Notes under the pieces: generated by a model
What the model saw: only the letters and a program-made list of their open reading frames with translations
The model's database searches: none
Told to the model about the DNA's origin: nothing
Translations under genes and position numbers: made by a program
DNA from: Pseudomonadota bacterium
GTDB lineage: Bacteria; UBA10199; 2-02-FULL-44-16; JBDRGF01
Direction of reading: 5' to 3'
Length of the DNA: 10,379 nucleotides
Assembly (NCBI GenBank): GCA_043818055.1
Contig: JBDRGF010000093.1
Location: forward strand, 1 to 10,379
In this document: in pieces, positions 6,793 through 10,379 of the stretch
Numbering within the stretch: position 1 is the stretch's first letter
Layout of the letters: each line of letters begins with the position of its first letter

Positions 6793-9324
6793 TTACTCTT
6801 CAAACACGCCGATATCAATAGTCCCACGTGTAACAAAATTATAATCCTTCAGCACCTGTCCATCCGCAGGCGTTGGAGCGGCATAACCATCGTTGATACC
6901 ATCATTTCCTGAGCCATCGGATTGTAAATGATACTGATCGTTGATCATGGTTGTGTATGTATTATGCCTTCTCACAACATTACCGCTAACCGTTGATTTG
7001 CCAAATGTAAATCCTATTGTCGTATAGGGACTTCCATCACAGCCACGGACTAATATTTGGGATGTTGAATCAGGGGACTGCAAAAAGAGATTATTCCTAA
7101 CATGATTCGTCGGCTCGCTTGTTGCGCAACTCAGCGGTATGCCATCTCCACCGCCAAAGGTCGCGAAGACATTGTTCACCAGCACCGGATCAGATGCATC
7201 GACGATCAGCCCCTCCAACACACCAACGCCTTTGGATGACGAAGCTTTGAGGGTGTTATTTGCGACAACCAGATCGGTCTTTGATTTGTAAAGTTTAAGG
7301 GCTGCCTGCGAATATGCGCTGCCAGCATCTATAATATTATTCACAACCGTACCCTTGGTAAGGTTAGCAAGATATGCGCCCTGACTGAATGTTCCGGCAT
7401 CTGTCGTATGACTGCCGCCGATGAATTTATTTGCTGAAAGAACGAGTTCCATCGCGCCGTCTGCCCAGAAAGCCGTAGTCTGTAACAGAGTCGCATTCCC
7501 CTTCACCGTGCAATTTTTGAACGTCTTTGCACCTGTGCCCTGCAAGAGCACCGTCTTTTGACCATCAATTGATGAAGTTGAGTTCGCAGTATTTTCGATA
7601 TGGAAACCGTCGAATAAAACATCATCGAGCGAGCCGATGAGAAGTGTCACGTCGGAATCGGATCTTGTTAATGTCGTCCTATAAGTTGCACCTGTGTCTC
7701 GATAATCGCGCGTTGTAAAAGCCGAATTGAATCCTCCAAACATGTGCACTCCTGCCTGCCATGTGATGCCGCTCATATCATAATTCCCTGCCGCTACTAC
7801 GAGTGAAACGCCGTTCGTCTTTGCCTTCGTCAAACCTGCGGCGAAGGTCTTTAGAGGTGAACTCTTTGTACCTCTTGCGCTGTCTGAACCTGCTGCCTGC
7901 TCGACAAATACCGCAAACTGTTCATTCTGGGCCATGTTGTCTGCACCGAACGTCGCCCAGATCGTCATGCCTATCGATTCATCCTTATCGTCGAGATCAC
8001 AATCCTTTGCAATTCCATCTATATCTTCATCCGTCGCTGATTGACCTACATTCGACACATACGGACAATTATCCGTTGAGTTTAGTACAGCATCTCCATC
8101 GATATCATCATCGCAAACATCGCCAAATCCGTTTGAATCAACATCAGACTGAAATGCGTTTGCTTTAAGATTACAGTTATCATCACAATTAGCTTTCGCA
8201 CCGCCTATGCAGGTGGCATCTCCAACCACTCCACTGCTATCACCATCATCCAGTATGCCATCGTTGTCGGCATCCGGATCACAAACATCGCCTATCTTAT
8301 CACCATCGACATCCCCCTGCGGAAGGTTCGCATTGATCGGGCAGTTATCGAGATTGTCATTTATAGTATCGGCGTCTGAATCGACCAAGAGCGGATTATA
8401 ACCTCTCGTGACCTCCCAGCCATCTCCCAGACCGTCGCCATCGGTGTCGGCCTTCATCGGATCTGTCCCGCGATTCGCCTCATCCGTGTTGTTCAAACCA
8501 TCGCCATCCGGGTCATCCGAGCAGATATCTCCCACGCCATCCTTGTCCTGATCGGCCTGATCGGAGTTTGCAGTTGATGGGCAGTTGTCCTTCCCGTCAT
8601 TCAATCCGTCGCCATCACTGTCTGCATTTCTGGGATCGGTATTCTGCAAGGTTTCCGCATCGTTCTTTACACCATCACCATCGATATCATCATCCTGATT
8701 GTCGCCGATGCCGTCTCCATCCATATCTTCCCACTCCGTTGCCAACATGGGAAAGAGGTCGAGCCCATCCTGCACACCGTCGCCATCACTATCAACATTT
8801 GCAGGATCGCAACCGTTCTCTATCTCAGAGATGTTGAACATCTTATCTGCATCTGAATCTATATTGTAATCATAAGTCCCCGCTGTGAGATCCTGACCCG
8901 CGACATACGGCACATACTGTCCGGCAATCTGCAGATCTCCCTCTGAAATCGCACCTGCCTCCTTCGACTGCGTCGTCGTGGAGGATGTAGCACGATACCA
9001 GACCTCTATCTTTAAATAGACATTTGCCGCCGGCACATCGGACGAAGGCTCGAATGAAAATTGATATTTGTCATCCTTATATTCGCCAACAAGGCGCGAA
9101 GAGAGCTCTTCATCACCTGCCGGATCCAAATCTGATGCCTTTGCGGTACCTGTGCTATTCACAACTAGCTTTCCGGCAACAATAGCCTCGCCGCTCAGAT
9201 CGGTAATGCGCTTTGGAAAAGCAGGGGCGACTTTCACATCAAGCTTGCCGCTGCCTCCACCGCCACACCCGACCAGTGCGGTCATCACAAAACCTAAAAC
9301 CAACATTCCAATTAGACGCTTCAT
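6793..9324 (-). CDS. Large surface lipoprotein with thrombospondin type-3 Ca-binding repeats and a DUF1565-like/right-handed beta-helix C-terminal region (843 aa from the corrected start)
   Basis: ATG at 9324 is preceded by GGAGG (9335-9331). The signal peptide is MKRLIGMLVLGFVMTALVG-C followed by a Gly-rich linker. Many DxDxDG and DNCP..N.DQ.D.D.DG.GD.C repeats follow. VFVEQAAGSDSARGTKSSPLKT resembles DUF1565, VVNNII/VANNTL/LVNNVF look like beta-helix strands, and the protein ends in DIGVFE. Confidence 0.88.
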   Translation of the reverse strand: MKRLIGMLVLGFVMTALVGCGGGGSGKLDVKVAPAFPKRITDLSGEAIVAGKLVVNSTGTAKASDLDPAGDEELSSRLVGEYKDDKYQFSFEPSSDVPAANVYLKIEVWYRATSSTTTQSKEAGAISEGDLQIAGQYVPYVAGQDLTAGTYDYNIDSDADKMFNISEIENGCDPANVDSDGDGVQDGLDLFPMLATEWEDMDGDGIGDNQDDDIDGDGVKNDAETLQNTDPRNADSDGDGLNDGKDNCPSTANSDQADQDKDGVGDICSDDPDGDGLNNTDEANRGTDPMKADTDGDGLGDGWEVTRGYNPLLVDSDADTINDNLDNCPINANLPQGDVDGDKIGDVCDPDADNDGILDDGDSSGVVGDATCIGGAKANCDDNCNLKANAFQSDVDSNGFGDVCDDDIDGDAVLNSTDNCPYVSNVGQSATDEDIDGIAKDCDLDDKDESIGMTIWATFGADNMAQNEQFAVFVEQAAGSDSARGTKSSPLKTFAAGLTKAKTNGVSLVVAAGNYDMSGITWQAGVHMFGGFNSAFTTRDYRDTGATYRTTLTRSDSDVTLLIGSLDDVLFDGFHIENTANSTSSIDGQKTVLLQGTGAKTFKNCTVKGNATLLQTTAFWADGAMELVLSANKFIGGSHTTDAGTFSQGAYLANLTKGTVVNNIIDAGSAYSQAALKLYKSKTDLVVANNTLKASSSKGVGVLEGLIVDASDPVLVNNVFATFGGGDGIPLSCATSEPTNHVRNNLFLQSPDSTSQILVRGCDGSPYTTIGFTFGKSTVSGNVVRRHNTYTTMINDQYHLQSDGSGNDGINDGYAAPTPADGQVLKDYNFVTRGTIDIGVFEE

Positions 9325-9416
9325 ATAAATCCTCCCTTGATCTCTCCCTCGCGCAAAATTTTTTATAAAAATGGGTAATTTCTTCATATTTTTTTCATGT
9401 TTTAAGTTTTTCACCA

Positions 9417-9444
9417 CATACTACATGCCACATGCTACATACGC
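9417..9444. repeat. Heptamer tandem repeat, 4 degenerate units
   Basis: CATACTA CATGCCA CATGCTA CATACGC lies in the intergenic region between the PEGA gene and the TSP3 lipoprotein gene. Confidence 0.7.
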
Positions 9445-9457
9445 CTTATTCTTTCCA

Positions 9458-10378
9458 TCATTTCCCTACAGATGTCCCTAAATCGACCTTCAGTTCGCCC
9501 GTAGATGAACCGCCTCCAGAGAGCGCTATCGCAAGTCCGCCTCCCAATCCGCCCAAAAGTAGCCCCACTCCCGCCCAGAATAGCGGCCTCTTATATATCG
9601 GCTTATTCATGGAATTAAAAAATGTCGCGGGGGTATCGGGGCTGATCTCGGCAACCTTGAGCGTCCCCTTCTCTATATCATGCTTTGCCTGCTCGGAAAT
9701 TTTATCCGCCAGCTTCATAAGGTTAGAATCGTAATCCCTTGAGCTCGAGTTTATCCTGAAACTGACCGGCTTTTCTGCGACTGAAAATCTGCGGTCTATC
9801 ACCTGAGCCGTTACGAGATTTTGTGATGGGTTCGTCGATAGCAAAACAAGTTTATCCGCCTGCAGAAGGCCGGCAAGCCTTGAGCTCTTGGCAACTTTAT
9901 TCAATTCAATCTCATCAACAGCATTTTCACTCCATTTAAGTTTACCTTTTACGCTGGCCGATTTTCCATCCTTCAACGTAACAACCTGATTAAAATGTTC
10001 ATAATGGCTTGCCTTCAAGGTAACCAGATATTCACCAACCGGCATCTTTTCAAAGGAGACCGGCGTCATTCCCTGACTCACACCATTTATAAAAAGTTCA
10101 ACCGATTTAGGATTACTCGTGATTTTTATTTTTCCGGATCCGGCCTCAAAAAGTTTAGCACGGGCATCCTCTACCCTCTTTGCAAGAGATGGCGGCAGAT
10201 CCCCTGTCTCCAGATTGATATTCGGATCTATCCTGACAACCTCAGCGGCAAGGGAGGAGATGATCTCCTCTTCATTTAGAGCCTTGGCGACAAGCATCCT
10301 CAGGAGCATAGCATCGAGCAGTTTACCGCCTGCGCTCTGGTATCCGACCTTTCTCAGCTCCTTAATAACTTTATCGGC
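9458..10378 (-). CDS. PEGA-domain protein with C-terminal membrane segment (5' end outside the window)
   Basis: PEGA pattern GKIKITSNPKSVELFINGVSQGMTP...PVGEYLVTLKASHY and C-terminal PIYKRPLFWAGVGLLLGGLGGGLAIAL TM helix. The frame stays open upstream of Met 10309 to the window edge (ADKVIKELRKVGYQSAGGKLLDAM). Confidence 0.85.
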   Translation of the reverse strand, partial: ADKVIKELRKVGYQSAGGKLLDAMLLRMLVAKALNEEEIISSLAAEVVRIDPNINLETGDLPPSLAKRVEDARAKLFEAGSGKIKITSNPKSVELFINGVSQGMTPVSFEKMPVGEYLVTLKASHYEHFNQVVTLKDGKSASVKGKLKWSENAVDEIELNKVAKSSRLAGLLQADKLVLLSTNPSQNLVTAQVIDRRFSVAEKPVSFRINSSSRDYDSNLMKLADKISEQAKHDIEKGTLKVAEISPDTPATFFNSMNKPIYKRPLFWAGVGLLLGGLGGGLAIALSGGGSSTGELKVDLGTSVGK

Positions 10379-10379
10379 A

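Noticed and set aside
7950..8870. Recurrent CCATC/GCCATC-like nucleotide periodicity that could suggest a repeat array or CRISPR
   Set aside because: It is explained by DxDxDG codons of the TSP3 repeats. There is no constant repeat-spacer structure and no cas gene in the window.
9325..9417. 31-aa N-terminal extension of the TSP3 lipoprotein (GTG start at 9417 in the ORF track)
   Set aside because: ATG 9324 has a GGAGG RBS and begins a typical lipoprotein signal peptide. The extension is AT-rich, intergenic-like sequence that starts at the edge of the heptamer repeat.
1153..10279. Remaining short ORFs in the six-frame track (e.g. 1153..1386, 2293..2592, 3123..3521, 7803..8168, 9432..9734, 9995..10279)
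   Set aside because: They are antisense or alternate-frame shadows of well-supported genes, with no recognisable domains.

Overview
A bacterial chromosomal segment. The PEGA/TSP3 envelope genes and GTAG-family REPs suggest a deltaproteobacterial-type host, but that is inference. The + strand carries the 3' part of queA, a sigma-54-dependent response regulator and a cytoplasmic PAS-PAS histidine kinase. The - strand carries, in transcription order, a 5'-truncated PEGA-domain membrane protein, a large TSP3-repeat/beta-helix lipoprotein, a Pal-like OmpA lipoprotein, yacG, a Bro-N protein and guanine deaminase (guaD). The most striking feature is that the Bro-N gene lies between two 47-bp direct repeats (44/47 identical, 938 bp apart), both encoding the N-terminus of GuaD. 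An unannotated 30-aa GuaD-like stub overlaps the yacG stop, and the full guaD starts with a different N-terminus. This looks like an integrase-less one-gene cassette that entered the start of guaD and supplied a replacement 5' end. Also present are three GTAG-family REP elements (one supplies the Pal-like stop codon), heptamer repeats with a shared 12-mer bracketing the TSP3 lipoprotein gene, and a likely near-leaderless sigma-70 promoter for yacG.
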